64,000 nt of DNA from Chrysomallon squamiferum (taxonomy: Eukaryota > Animalia > Mollusca). Shown here piece by piece: positions 12,458-28,409 of this stretch. Position 1 is the first letter of the stretch. Each line of letters starts with the position of its first letter. Made by a program: the position numbers and the translations under genes. The stretch is from assembly GCA_012295275.1 (NCBI GenBank), contig CM022673.1:16678001-16742000 (forward strand), read 5' to 3'. The notes below the pieces were generated by a model. The model worked only from the letters and a program-made list of their open reading frames with translations. It was not told where the DNA came from and searched no databases.

Positions 12458-15400
12458 GTTAGTGTAGTATTAAATTTCATCTTCATATATCAGTGGTTAT
12501 ACTTTTAATCGCATTATATTATATTTTCATTAATAATAATTGATGTAGTAATAGTGGTATTGTTTGTAGATGTATGATGTTAATACATTTTTGTTTACTT
12601 TTACATTAATCAGGTCCCCCAGAAAAACCCAAAGGCCCTTTGGATGTCATGGACATCTATGCAGATCGCTGTGCACTGATGTGGGATGTACCAGAGGAAG
12701 ATGGAGGTGCTCCCATAACTGGATATCTTGTTGAAAAGATGGACACAGCTACAGGTACCAAACATGCTTTCGTTTTTTTTCAGTTAAATTTAAGAATATT
12801 TTTCATTTGAATACTAATAATAAGGAAATGGTATGTTTAACAACAAAATAATTTAAAACAAATATTAACACACATATAAAGTTATTTGTTCCATAGCATG
12901 CTTATACTCAACTGAATCTGTTCAGTTTGTTCAGAACCAGTTATATCTTTGAATATTTTATAATATCTGTTTGAAATGCATATGTTGGCTTTCTCTGGAC
13001 CAGTTATGTAAAAGGTTCCTTGCTGTTTTTCAATAAGTGTAATAATTTTTTTTTATAAATAGCTGTTAACTCATTCATTAAACAACTGTGCATTGGTTCT
13101 AGGTGAATGGGAAAAGGTCTGTGAGACTGATGATCTTGAAGTGGATGTATCTGATCTAACCACTGGACATCGTTACCAGTTCAGAGTGTCGGCCATCAAT
13201 TCAGAGGGAGTCAGCAAACCCTTGGAATCGGATGGAGAAATCCTAGCCAAGGATCCATGGGGTAAGTGTATTATTGTAGAATATACATAAATTTTATTTC
13301 TCTTATTTTTTTCTCTTCTTAGTTTATTTTTAGATTTTTATTTTGTATTGTTTGTATTTTTTGCTGCCTTTTGCTTCATGGAATAATTCCGATTTTTTTT
13401 TGTGTCTGTTTGTTTTTCAGACCCACCAGATCCACCAGGTACTCCAGAGGTTATGGATTATGATAAAGATTATGTAGAAGTGGGTTGGGATCCTCCCAAG
13501 AAAGACAATGGTGCACCTATACAGGGATACACGATCCAGTACAAAGAAAAAGATTCTGATGAATGGAAGAAGGTGAGTTACTTTGTTCTGCAGTTTTAGT
13601 ATATCCCACAAGTGTGGAATCGTAAGAGATAATGCTGCAGAGCTTTAATGATGCCTTGACAGTTTGTTGTGGAATCATTCAGCGTTCACAAGTTGATGGG
13701 TTATCCTGTCTAGATTTGTAAATCTGGAACAAATATTGGCTCATCAATAAAAGTCTATATATATATATATATATATATAAAACAACTAATTTTTCACATT
13801 TCTATTAGACTTATCTGAAACCTTATACATTTAACTGTGATGTAAATAAAGTACCCTTTACTCTTAGAAACGTTTGTAAGAAATACTTTGTTTCAATTTG
13901 AGTTGGAAAGAAGTAATTTGAAAAAGGCTGTAATAAAGTTAACAGAACTATGTAGATATATCACTGTATGTTTCCTCTTATAAACTTTTAAAATTATTAT
14001 TTTATTGATATTCTTGGAATTATCTGGTCTAAAATTCGATCATTTCATAACTCATGCAGATAGTCTATTAAAATGTTTCTAATGGGAGTTTGTTTTAATA
14101 ATTAAGGGTCCAGAAGTATCTAGTGAAGACACATGTGGAACTGTGACAGGCCTGAAAGAAGGAAAGGAGTATGATTTCCGTGTTATTGCCAAAAACCGAG
14201 CTGGACCATCAGATGCCAGTGAATGTACCACTTCCCCAGTGCTCAGAGCTAGAAAAGGTGTGCACTGTTTCTGCTTAAATTTTTATATTAATTTACTGTA
14301 CTATTGTTTTACAGTTAAATATTGAAAGGCACATATTTTTTTTTTCTATTTTGTTTATAATCAGTGATTAAACTTATTGCTTCATATTATTAACAATTTT
14401 ATTAACATTATTTTACAGTTAAACCCCGAATTGACAGGCAGACATTTCCCAAAAATATTAAAATCAAAGCTGGTCAGGAACTTAGTTTGCCTGTGGACTT
14501 TATTGGAGAGCCAAGTCCAAAAGCTGTTTGGACATTAAAACCACTGGTATGTAATATTTCATTTATTTCATTTTATTGTGTCATTGTCAAACTCTGTGGC
14601 TTTTAGTAATTAGAGAGTGACTAAGAATGAATGAGTGAGTTAGTGAATGAGTATGTATGTGTAACATAGTGAGCCATGAGTTATTGTATTTGGTGTTTAT
14701 GTGTGTACTATGTGTTTGTATATGTGTTGTTTTGTGCACCTTTAGTTATTTCATATTATTAAGGAGAAAACTATTATGACAGGAAGAAAAAAACCCATCT
14801 GAAACTAACTGAAACATGAGTAGAAATATACAACATAGTAATCATAAAGAATTATTCATTGGCATCTAACCATAACTGAGTTTAGACATTTATGTTGTTG
14901 TTGTTTTTTTAAATTTCTGTACAGTTTTCCTCAATTTTAATTTGTCTGTTTTTTGTATTATTTTGGTAAGCATGTATATCAATGAGATTTTTAGTGAATA
15001 GATTAATATAGAAATACATATTGTTAACATTTTATATTTTGTGTTAGCACCTACATTTTAATGCCATGTTTATTATGTTGATTGCAGTACACTAATGTTT
15101 TTTTCATTATTATTATTATTATTTTTTTTTTTTGTTAATCCGAAAATGACAACAACAACAACAACAAAAACCCCACACACACATCAAAAATACTATAAAT
15201 AATATAAAAACACATACAAAAAAACAACAATCCAGAAATAAAATAATAATAAAAAAAAAAAAAAAAAAATAAACAGATACAGATTTTTAAAAATAGCAAT
15301 GAAGGAACATCTACTTTTCTAAACTGGCATTAAGATGAAGGTTTGTTTAAATTATTATTTTTCTAACATTGAATGTGAGTAGATAGTTAATATTTGTTTT

Positions 15401-15861
15401 TTCAGATTGTTGGTGCTAAAGCTGGAGTAAGTGATTCCCATTATCTCCTTTAGATTCTTTACATAGCATCCACCATTGCCTCCCATTCATAAATTCCCTG
15501 ATCAGAGTTTTCATATATTTCATAATCCATCTGTTATAATCATTGATAAAATCAGACAGTTTATTTAATTTCCCCAAATTTTAAATGACCATTTCAAAAT
15601 TTGATTTATCATACAATATTGATGTCATTTTGAGACCACATAAAATATAAACTTTCATTGCTTATATAAATGTCTTGGGGTATTTTGATCTTAAGTCCTA
15701 CTTGTCACAGGAATATTCTTTTTATCTTAAAAATCATTCTTCTTTTGATGCATTTCAGTTTACAAATTTATAATAACAATTCACCCTTCTACAGTTTTGT
15801 CTAGGAAATATGTAATATTTATGTTAATTCTATTTTTTTTCAACATTAATCATGTTATACA

Positions 15862-15906
<45 letters not shown>

Positions 15907-18900
15907 TACTCTGGCCTCTGAATATGAATTTACAACAAAAGTGGAATGTGATTTGAAATAAAATTAAAATTTAGTATCTTCAACTTAAGTAAATATATAG
16001 ACTGAGTTAAATATAAAACATATCAGTATGGAAAATAAAGTACTCTTGGTAACAATTTTTGTTACTTTTTTAATTAATTAATTAATTTTTTATATTATTT
16101 TTAAACACTTACTTTAAAAGAATATTAATATGTTTTTGTTTATGTTAATATTAAGATGTTAGTCTAGTATTTTAATAATTGTAACCCAGTTATGTGCAAC
16201 AATTGTTTAGTAACTTTTAACATTTTATAAATTGTTATTTTTGTTGGACCATTTTAGAAAGGCGAAGATATTGAAATAACATCCTCTGACAGAACAACCA
16301 TCAAGACAGAACCAAAGAAATCCACCCTGACTATCCCCAAACCAGTTCGCAAAGATACTGGTGAATACACAATCACCATTGCTAACAAGCATGGAGAAGA
16401 TTCTGATGTCATAGATGTTGTTATTCTAGGTAAATAACTCTAGCTGAGTTCCGACACTCAGATTAACAGTAGTGAAAGAAAATGTGTTAACACAATAAAT
16501 ATGTTTATTCTTTATTCTGGCTTAAATCAGTGACAGGTTAAATGAACTTTTGTACACATTAAATAATTTCAGCTATGTGATATTAAAACTGGAAAGAGTA
16601 ATTACAGATCTACTGATTTGAACAATACTTGTTTATTTTTCAGGACCACCTCTCAGCCCAGTTGGACCTCTTGAAGTGAAGGACATTTGTAAGGACAGTG
16701 CTACTTTGAAGTGGAAAGCACCAGAGGATGATGGAGGAAATGACATAACGTAAGTCAGCCTCTATCATTTATTAAAGATTTGTTAAATACTGTGTCATAG
16801 TGCTGAATTAAATTATCTTTCTCCTTATTTCTAAATTTCTGAATGGGAGCATAGGTCATCAAACATGTTCCCTAACATTCAAATTTTAACTAATTATCTA
16901 TAGTTCTTTGTACACCCATTACTTGCTTTCTCTCAAATTGTGTCATCAGGCTGTGTTTATGGATTACATTCATTATTTGATTTATAATCAATCACAGTTA
17001 TCTGTTAATGGGTGGATTTATGGTGAGAAACATTTTGTTACCAGTATTTAGATATGTTTTTTATATTAATTTTTTACTTTCACAACTGATATTAATAGTA
17101 ATTACTTTCAGTAAAACAGTGTTGTCTTACATTGGTAATTCATAGCTCAAATATGTTAAAAATGAAAAGTTCTAAGATAGAATGATTAGATATCCATTTC
17201 GATTAATAACCTTGTTTTTGTAGTGGATATCGTGTTGAGAAATATGACATGAAGAAAGGCCGATGGGAGAAGGTTGCTGATGTTGATGGACACAAATGTG
17301 TTGTCCCTAAACTTACAGAGGGTAATGAGTACAAGTTCAGAGTTATTGCAGAAAATAAGAATGGTGAGAGTGAGCCTTTGGAGACAGAGAAACCTATAAC
17401 AGCCAAGAATCCATTTGGTAAGAAATGTTTCTTTTATTACAATTTTTTTGCTTTCCTTTTTTCACATTATATACATCTAAAAACTAAATGATATATTAAC
17501 AATTTAAAAAACTGGAAGTATGATTTAGCTTGGTCACTTAGCCCATTGATGTACGTTTTTGGTAAAGTTGGAATTACAGAAGATCCATTTGTAAAACTTC
17601 AAAGAAAAGTCATTTAGATTTGGCAAGATTTTTAATATAATTGTTTTTCTTTACACAAGAAATAGAGTAAAGTATGTTTTTGTTCAAGCATATTCATTAC
17701 ACTTACTATCTTCTTGACACACAACAGAAGTTCTTTCCTGTTTCAAAACTGATCTGTCTTCTGTCTCTGTATACTTGAGTTCAATATACTTTACAGAGAA
17801 TAGTTCTGAATGTGTCAACTAATTCTTCTTAAAACATTTTATCAGATGAAGCCACACCACCAAGCCAGCCTGAGATTACAGATACTGACAGAACCTTTAT
17901 TGAATTCAAATGGGAACCACCAGAAGATGATGGTGGATCACCTGTCACCAGCTATGACATTGAAAGAAAAGACACTAAGACCAACCGCTGGGTTAAAGTC
18001 AATAAGCTTCCTGTAACGGTGAGTGGTACATTCATTGTTCTTACATTTAATATTACGTTCTAGTAATAATTAATTACATGCCCAATCAACTATAGAATTC
18101 AATCAGCAGTTTACATTACAGAAATTATGCATCTTGAATCTAAAAAACAAAGCTTGGTTTTATGAATATATTTCAATTTGTGGATAGATATAGCATAATA
18201 ACATTTTTTTAAACTTTACAGGGATTGAAATACAAAGATGAAAAAGTGAAGGAAGGAAATGAATATCAGTACAGAATCATTGCTAACAATGAAGCTGGAC
18301 CATCTGATCCCAGTCTTCCGTCTAAAACATCTATTGCTAAACCAATGAAAGGTAACAATAGAAAAGAGATTTTTGATGCAATGGAGCAAAATCATAAATA
18401 CAAAAAAAAATCCTATAAAATATATTGTACAATGAACATTTGATTTACATTTTAGTAAAGACATAACAATTGTTCAAGCATTTAAAATAAATTCAATTAC
18501 TGTTCTGTGAGTTTTATTTTATTAATAAAATTTTCACCCTTTTATATTGCTTTGCTTTAAAAGAAAATTCACAATATTTATAAAATATTGTTTCAGAGGC
18601 ACCTAAAGTAAACCTGGACAATTTGTTTGGTGCCAAGGAGATCCGAGTGAGAGCTGGAGAACCTCTTAATATTGAACTAGGAATCTGTGGAGCTCCAGAA
18701 CCAACTGTTGAATGGACCAAGAATGGCAAACCAGTTGGAAACAGAGTATGTTATCGTCATCAGAAAATATCTGATTTACTTTCTTTCTTTCTTTTTTGTT
18801 GTTGTTGTTGTTTGACAGTCACAGGTGTGCTTCTGTTCACTTGATCACAGTTAATTGGGGAAAGAGAGCATAATTTTCTATGAATTAACAGCTTAATATA

Positions 18901-21900
18901 TAATTTCATTTATTTGTAAAAATACATATAATAATACATAGATCTGTTTCTATATACCTTTCATGCCTCTGTCTCTGTCTTTGTCACTCATTTGCACATT
19001 TATGTACCTATTTGATGTTGTACTTACAGCTATTTGTGACTCTACACTGTTTCTTCCTCCTCTCTCTCTCTCTCTCTGTCTCTCTGTGTTTCTGTCTCTC
19101 TCACTCACTTACTCATTCTCAGTCTCTGACACAAATATGTACTATATTTATTTGATTTATACTTGCAGCCAGTAATGACTAATGGAGAAACCCAGGCTAA
19201 ACTTCATATTCCCAGATCTGAACGAGGTGACACAGGAAAATACACAATCAAAGTAACAAATCAACATGGAGAAGACACAGCAGATATCAAGGTGGTGGTA
19301 TTAGGTGAGTGTTATACTGGCTTTAAGATTACTTCATACTTTTATGATCAACATTCCTTTTGAATGAAGAATGAACAAGTCACTGAAAATTATTTGGAAA
19401 ATAGATCTAAAAATTAGATGAAAGGTCAAATTAAAAAAAGTGGGTTGGAAGTCATAATCAATACTTGTTACAGTTTCATAACATTATTTTTATTTTTGTT
19501 TTGTGCAGACAAACCAGCAGCTCCAGAAGGGCCTCTACAAGTATCAGATGTGACTGCAGAGACTGCTAAAATTTCATGGAAAGAACCAGAAGATAATGGA
19601 GGAGCAGAGATCACAGGTATGAAACATTATCCTGCTTCACTAAGCAGACATTTTTTAAAACTTTAATTCACTTGTGTGATTTCCTTTTTATTTGTTGAGG
19701 ATGGAATAATATAATTAATTCATTTGTTTTATTTTGTAGGCTATGTTGTTGAAAAATGTGAGGAAGGTTCCACATTCTGGGAAAAGGTACCAGGAATGCC
19801 CACAGGAACATCACATACTGTGAAGGGACTTCAGAATGGCAAGACTTACCAATTCCGTGTCAAGGCAGAAAATATTTATGGAGTTGGTGAACCATTAGTT
19901 GGCAACAAAGTGCTGGCCAAAAATCCATTTGGTAAGTTTTTAATTTTTTCAGGAAACCAATTAATCTATTCATTGTAAACAATAAGGGCCATCATTTATA
20001 AATAGTATAATATGTCATATGTAATATTTGATCTTTGGATGGAATCCAGCTTATAATGTTGCAGTTCTTTGTGATAAAAATACTCCTTATTTTCTTCTAG
20101 ATCCACCAGATGCTCCAAGAGATCTTGAGATTGACAAATTTGATCGTTTCTCATGCTCTCTGCAGTGGAAACCACCAACATCAGATGGAGGAAACCCAAT
20201 CAAAGGTTAGTTAACAACACTACCAGCTCATCATAAAATACAGGCAATCTATAATATTTTACATTACATTGGTCTTTGTCTTAAATCTCCTTCCTTGTGA
20301 ATCCATTACTTTTCATTATCCCTTAACAACATAATTGTTTTCATAATCACCTATTTATCTGATTCTTTCTTCATGATTTCAACAACAAAAAATTAAGAAA
20401 TAAAGAAATAAAACTTACAAAAGACATTAAAATTTTATGTAGTTAAGACTGAAATATTTGAAATAAAATTGAATATTTCTCCTAGGATACCTGGTTGAAA
20501 AGCGTGAGAGAGGGAAGGACTGGGTGAAAGCAAGTATTTATCCAGTTCCAGAAACCAGCTTCACTGTCCTCAACTTGGTGGAAGGATCCCAGGTTGAATT
20601 CAGAGTGTCTGCTATCAATGAAGCAGGTCCAGGCAAGCCAAGCAAGATCACCCCATCTCACACTGTCAGAGATCCCATCTGTAAGTACAATATCAACTAA
20701 AAATAATGTCTTGATATGTTAACCTTAAAAACGGAATATTTATTTCTCAGTGTAAAAATCATTCAATAAATTAATTTTAAACAATTAAATGTAAAAAGAA
20801 CAAATATGTAATAGTTGGTTAGTATCTGTGTTGCAAACACTTAAAAATTTCTGAAGAGGAAACTAGTGTAAACACCATTTTTTAATCTTCTAGTCCCAGC
20901 TGGATCTCCTCCTCAACCAAATGTGGACAAAATCACAAAGAACTCTGTAGCTCTGTCATGGGACAAACCAAAGAATGATGGTGGATCCAAGATAACTGGT
21001 TATGTTGTTGAAAAGAAGAAGGCTGGAGATGACTGGATGGAATGTTTGACTTTACCAGCAAACCAGACATCAGGAACAGTGCCAAATCTGGTTCCTGGAG
21101 AGGAATATCAGTTCCGAGTAAGAGCAGTGAATGCTGCTGGTCCTGGTGAACCGAGCAGACCCACCACTTCCATCAAAGCTGAGGATCAGCCTGGTATGAT
21201 TTGCTAAATCTTTCTAACGATATTGTATTCTCATATTGACTAAACACATTAAAAAGATAGTTTCTGAGTTTAGACTTCATTTTATCAGATAAGATGGCTT
21301 ATGACAAGATTCATAATAGTTTTAATTAAAAAAGCAGTGAGCTCTTTTATTTAATGAAGATATAATTTTAAAATAAAAGATTTTAGACTTATATGGACTT
21401 TTTTAAAGTATTTTTAGTTTAATTTTTTGTGATATTTTGTTTTAAAATTTTATTTATTTTCACAATCACTTACTTTCTGAACAGAGAAACCAAAAATGGA
21501 TATATCTAAAGTCAAGGACATTACAGTGAAAGCTGGCCAGGAGTTCCAGATTGTGGTTCCCTTCACAGCCACACCCAAACCCAAAGCTACTTGGAACCTG
21601 GGAGATGACACTGTTGAGGAATCTGCAAGAATAACTGCCAAAGTAAAGTGTCAAACCTCATTCTAACAAAATATTACAAATCTCTAACAAATCAGGATAT
21701 TTCAGGATATTTTCATTTTTCTCTTATATTGAAAGTGTTACATCAATGTAAAATTTTGGCAGGATTGTTCAGTAATTTGTAAAACACTAAAACTGAAATA
21801 ATAAAAATAGAAGGTTATTTTGGTGATGTAATAATTTCACTTAACTGTATTAAATATTATATACCATTATAAAAGAATAGTAATACTGAATTATTATTAT

Positions 21901-23527
21901 TATTCTTCTATATCTATTTCAGATTGATGACACCACTGCAATTCTGGCTGTTGCTAAAGCTAAACGTGAGGACAGTGGTCGCTACACTTTGACATTGAAG
22001 AATCCATCAGGACAGGAGACAGGAACTATTAATGTTAATGTCTTAGGTAAAAAGAGATTTCTTTTACTTCATGGCATTGTAGTACTTTATTAAGTTTGTT
22101 AATTGTTTCAGTATCATGCTACAGATCAATCAGAGAGCACTTATGTGAAATAGTGGTTCACATTAAATATAATGATATTTTAGTCTGCATTTAAAACATC
22201 CTTTGCTCCTGTTCACTTACAAAAGCCAAGGATTTAACCATAACAACATATGATAACTTTTAATATTAAAATCTAATGAGGTATAATTAAATGTATATTT
22301 ATGAATTCATTGTTTAGTTGTTGGTGTTTGTGGTTTATTTGGTGGTTTTTTTTAATGTTTTTATGTTTTTATTTTTAATATTTTAAATATAGTGAAAATA
22401 TAAAGATAGCTTATTAATAACTTTGAAATTGCAGACAAACCCAGACCTCCAGGTGGACCCATCACAACATCAGACATGGATGGTGAGTCCATGACTCTTC
22501 ACTGGAAACCACCAGCAGATGATGGTGGAGAACCAGTAGGAAACTACATTGTGGAGAAGAAGAAGGCAGGAACTAACCGCTGGCAGAAAGTCAGCAGCTT
22601 TGTATCCAAACCAACATGCACTGTACGCAACCTGGAACCAGGCACCAAATATGAATTCAGAATCATGGCTGAAAATGGTCAAGGAATCAGTGAACCTTTG
22701 GAAACTGAAGAAGCCATTTTATCAAAACTGCCATTTGGTATGCATTAGGTTTATTATTAAAAACTTTTGTTACCCAGTATTAGATTTAAGTTAATATTAT
22801 TTTTATTAAGAAGCATGGTTTTTATTTTGGTAGATAGATGAAGAAATATTAGTTTTTAATGATTCATTAAACATTCATTATACAGATGCACCAGGAGCTC
22901 CAGGTTCTCCTAAGAGCATTGGCACAACAGAAGATTCTATCACACTAAGCTGGAATGCACCAAAACGTGATGGTGGTGCTCCCATCACAGGATATTTGAT
23001 TGAGAAGAAAGAAAAAGGAGACAAAAAATGGACGAAGTAAGTGTGAAATCATTGCTTTCATGACCATGTTTAAAGACTATACTTTGAAAGATTTAATAAT
23101 CTTCTGTTGGCTTTATCAGAAGCTTTGCTATGTGCTTTTCTCTCCTTTGATGCAGATCAGTAAGAGTTGCCCAGTATGGTATGGTAGTAGCAGGTTTCCT
23201 TCACATATTTTTAATATTTTCAAAGACCATATATCTTATAACTGCTGATACCAAAGTGTTGAAATGTGGCTGAACATATATATATGTACTGATGTTGCAT
23301 TTTTCAGAGCTAATATTGGTGAGGTACCAGATACTGAATACACTGTAAAAGGGATTACTGGAGGGAAAGGAATACGAATTTCGTATCTGTGCAATCAATC
23401 AAGCAGGACCAGGGGAATTCAGTGAAGTCTCAGATGTCATCAAACCAAAGCCACCACCAAGTAAGATCTTACAGAAATTGTACACTTTACATTTAACATT
23501 AGGCCTTCATAATCATTAAACAGACAC

Positions 23528-23620
<93 letters not shown>

Positions 23621-24996
23621 TATATATATATATGTATGTATACATATATATACATATATATATACAGACAAACATACATACACGCATACATACAGGCACA
23701 TACATTACTCAGTGAGACATTTATTTATTTATTTTTCTTTGATTCATTGCATTTATTGCTGTCATCTTTAAGTAATTTAATATATATATTCATGTTAATT
23801 ATTCATCATCTTTAGCGTTCTTTAATTTACATTTTTCCTCTTGTTTCCAGTGGCACCAAAGATCAGCCGTGACTTTATCAGTGGCCGTGACATTATTGCT
23901 AAAGCTGGAGAACCTTTCAAGATTTCCATTCCATATGCAGGCAATCCAGTTCCAACAGTGGTCTGGTCTCAGGTATTTTATTTTCAAAATAATTTTAACA
24001 ATATATCATAGTGATTTATCTGATAATATATTTTTGCTTTTTTTTAGTAAACAAGAATTTACATATAGACAGTAAAAAAAAAAAAAAAAATGGATTTAAT
24101 GTACTAATAAGACGACAGAATCGATTCAGTCATGTTCATTTAATTATAAATGTGTCTAGATTTGTTCATGCACATGCTAGTTCTCTCCATTACACATGCT
24201 GTCTCTCATTCAAAGATCAACATTCAGATATTCATTCTAATATTTTAGGGTGGATTAACTGTTCCTGAAACGGGAAGGGTTAAGTTTGAGAACACACCAA
24301 CAAACATCATTCTGCACAACAAGAAAGCAGAAAAAAGTGATGCTGGAAAATATTCTGTCCTGTTGACAAATGAAAAGGGTACAGATGGTGCCAGCGTAAA
24401 TGTTGTGATAGTTGGTAAGTTAAATTTGTATTACTATCTGTCTTTGATACTTTATTATTATTCTGTATAATATTCTGAATTAATCATTAACTAAAGTGGA
24501 ATCATTGATAATATATACACTGAAAAATAATATTTAACTGCCTTAAGTAGTAAAATATATAAGTGTTTTTATTTTTTTATACAGATGCTCCAAGCAAACC
24601 AGAAGGCCCTCTAGAAGTTAGTGATGTCACTCCTGATGGATGCTTTCTTAAATGGAATCCACCAAAGGTAAACTGCTTAAAACCCAATCAGTATCTGTTA
24701 GATAGTTTTTTCCTATAATGTAATATGTACATTATTTGAGTAACAATCCAAGAATTTTGGTTGAATAAAATATATGGATTGTATATATTGCATACATTTA
24801 CCTAAACAGTTGACAGCAGAAGGCTGTGGGCTATCTGAGGCTGTAGGATCTACACTTTACTGTTTGAATAGTATCCAGCCCGTCAAGTGGTTTATAAAAG
24901 GCTTCTGTATATGTTTTCATATACAATGGAAAGTTTAATAAATGTAGATCATGGAGTAGAAGCAGTGGGTTTCTGTTAAATTTTACAATTGAAAAC

Positions 24997-25027
<31 letters not shown>

Positions 25028-28000
25028 TATTTTTATATATCATGACCATTATATTAAAATGTATTGACACAATCACATATATGCAAATTCATCTATTTCA
25101 AACTATGAATGGCTTCAGTTTGAGATTATTTTCTAACACACTGACTTGTTATCTGCTACAGGAGGATGGTGGAAGTCATGTTAGCAACTACATTGTAGAG
25201 AAACAAGACTTACGTACAGGAAACTGGGAACCTGTGAGTAGGTTTATTCGTGGTACAAAATATGAAGTTATGGGACTGGTTGAAGGTCATGAATACAACT
25301 TCAGAGTTATGGCAGAGAATGAATATGGAGTTAGTGAACCATTGGAGACTGTCCAGTCTGTAGCAGCACAATACCCATACAGTGAGGACATAATTCTTGT
25401 AACAAACAAAGAGTGAAAAGCTGTATTAGGCTGGAATTTATGAACTTCAGAAATTACCACCAATAACTTTTACTTCATCCTGTGTACAAAATATTTTTTT
25501 GTAAATAATATTATTAATAAAAAAGTTAAAAGTAATTACATAATATAAATAATTTATATATTTAACAAGTAATTTTAGTATTTCTTAATTTAATTTAACT
25601 CAGTCAGATATTATCTAATTATATATAACAACTAACATTTTTACATAATTAGTTTATTAAATTTTTTTTTTTTTCCCTAGCAATGCCTGATTCTCCAACA
25701 AATCCAGACATTTTGGACATTGATGAAAAGTCTGTTACATTGTCATGGGGCCGACCCAAGAATGATGGTGGGAAGAAGATTCAAGGATACATTATTGAAT
25801 ACAAAGAGCCAACCAGTAACAGGTGGAAGACTTTCAATGACGTGCCCATCAAAGAAACTACTGGCACAGGTATATCTATAGTGATGAATAAGTCTATATT
25901 GTCACTGGTGAGAAACTGAATCTAGATGTATAGAAAAACTGAAAAAAATTGTCAACAATTATTTTGGTAAAACAGTAATTAAAAAGCTTATGTTTTGTTA
26001 GAAAAACTGACAGATTAATAGTTATGGCAGTTTGCCAGTGAATTTGTTACAAGTGATAATTATTATTAGAACTAGTTAATAATGACATTAAACTGTTAGG
26101 ATTTACATAAATGAATAATATTTTATATTAAATATATAGCAGTAATTTTCTTCATAATTTAAACTAAAATGTTGTGTATTTTTACAGTGTCTGGTCTGAA
26201 TAATGATACAGAATACCAGTTTCGAATTAGAGCCAAGAATGTGGCAGGTCTGGGTAATCCAAGCATGGAAACTGACCCCATCCGGGTTAGAGCTAAATAC
26301 AGTAAGTCCAAATATGACGTAAAAATATTCAGAAGCAATGTTTTATTATTTGACTTGCTAAAGTTATTTTGGACTAGTTTAATGTTGAAGAAAACTGAAC
26401 ATATGCACTTATACATATTTAAGAAGTTTTAAGGTAGCTATTTTATTTAAATGAGTCAACACACTAATTGAAATAATGACGTCTTTTTCAGTTGTAGAAA
26501 TAACAAAACAAATAATATGTAACTAGAAATGAATGAAGTCTTCTTTTTAAAAATTTGTTTGTCTGTTCCGATATTAATCATTTCATGATAACTAGATTAA
26601 ATCAGAGTTAACAATCTGTATTTTTGTAAATCCTTATTGCTTGTTCTGCTTTTTACTGATTAAAGTTTAGAAAAGATATTACAAAACTTGTCGAAAATAC
26701 ATTTCATTTTGGTTTGATCTGTAATTGTAATGATGACATTCATTTAAAATTATGCTTATATTACCAAAAAGTATTAAATTAATTCAAATATTCATATATC
26801 ACATTGTATTTCAGCAAAGCCTTCAGTACCAGGAGTGCCATCTCCAGTCAGTATTGGTAAAACTTTTGTTGAGCTTAAGTGGGACAAACCAAGATCAGAT
26901 GGAGGAACCAAAATTACAGGTAATTACTTTATTACCTAATGCTATTTTTGAATCCTTATTAAATGTATCATTGCAATGTATTTTCAACATTACAGTTGCA
27001 AATAATATCTAAAATCATAAAAATTCTTGAAGAAATACATTATATTTAACTATTCTACCATCCAAGATGTTAAATTTATCAATATGTTTGAAATGACAGG
27101 CTATATTGTTGAGAAGAAAGAAAAGGGTGCCACAATGTGGACAAAGGCCACAGACTACCCTGTCATTGACAACACCTACTTGGTACCCAACCTGTTAGAA
27201 TTAGCAGAGTATGAATTTCGAGTTATCGCTGTCAATGCTGCTGGCAAAAGTGAGCCCAGTTTGGAGAGTGCACCAATAAAGGTCAAAGAGAAAGTTGGTA
27301 AGTAATCATTTTAAGTGCAAAATGTTGTTTTTTTTAATTTCTTTTACATCTAGAACAAACCTTCTGTCTTAAAAAGATATTAATTTATTTAATTTTTTAA
27401 TATATTTATTAGATATATTATTCTAAATATCAGGTTTATTTATTTATTTATTTATTTCTGTTTAGTTGGAATGGCTCCAGATTTCATCAAGAAATTACAG
27501 AATACAAAGGCTGCATTAGGTGGAGAGGCAGTCTTCACAATACAGTTTTCAGGAAACCCTGATCCAGATGTTTACTGGTGAGTCATTATTTTTTGATGAT
27601 GGTACTGCAATAAATAAAATGTGACTGAAATAAACCAGCAAATGACATTGTATGTTGATGACTCTTACCTTAATGTACTTATGATTTCATTTAGTTCAAA
27701 GAATGCTATATCAGATGATATATTAATCTTATTAATTTTCCACCTATTTTGTTCATTGTTTATTATGCATGAATAATTATGTATTAAAGTTATTTTGGTT
27801 TTTTATTTGAGGTTTAAAAATGGTGTTGAAATGGGCTCAGCTGGTCGCAATCGCATCAAGAAAGATGAGAACATTGTTGTTCTCACAATCAATGACTTGT
27901 ATGAGAAGGATGCTGGAGAAATAATGTGTGAACTGGTGAACCCACTTGGTCGTGAATCATGCAAGTGCAAGCTTGAAGTCCAAGGTAAAATATTGAAATG

Positions 28001-28339
28001 CTTTCAGTTTTATTTTAGATATATCACATATAAATTATAAAAATAATTACTTAATCTTCCATTTCACTAGATAACAATATTTCTTTCCAAATAAGGCACA
28101 TATAATGATTGAATGTCATTAAATACAGATTCGGTTTTTTTTTCCCCCAGCTCCTCCAAAACTGGAGAAGGAACTGAAAGACCAGCAGGTACAGAAAGGT
28201 GATCAGTTCAAGATAAAGATCCCATTCAGTGGTACAGGTCCATTTGAGATCAAGGTGAAGAAGAATAACAAAGATCTTGTTGAAAATGACAGAATAAAGA
28301 TTTCAGCATTTGATGACTTTGTCACACTTATCATTAAAG

Positions 28340-28409
<70 letters not shown>

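Noticed and set aside
23440-23771. Five overlapping ORFs rich in YIYIYI
   Set aside because: They are translations of a (TA)n microsatellite.
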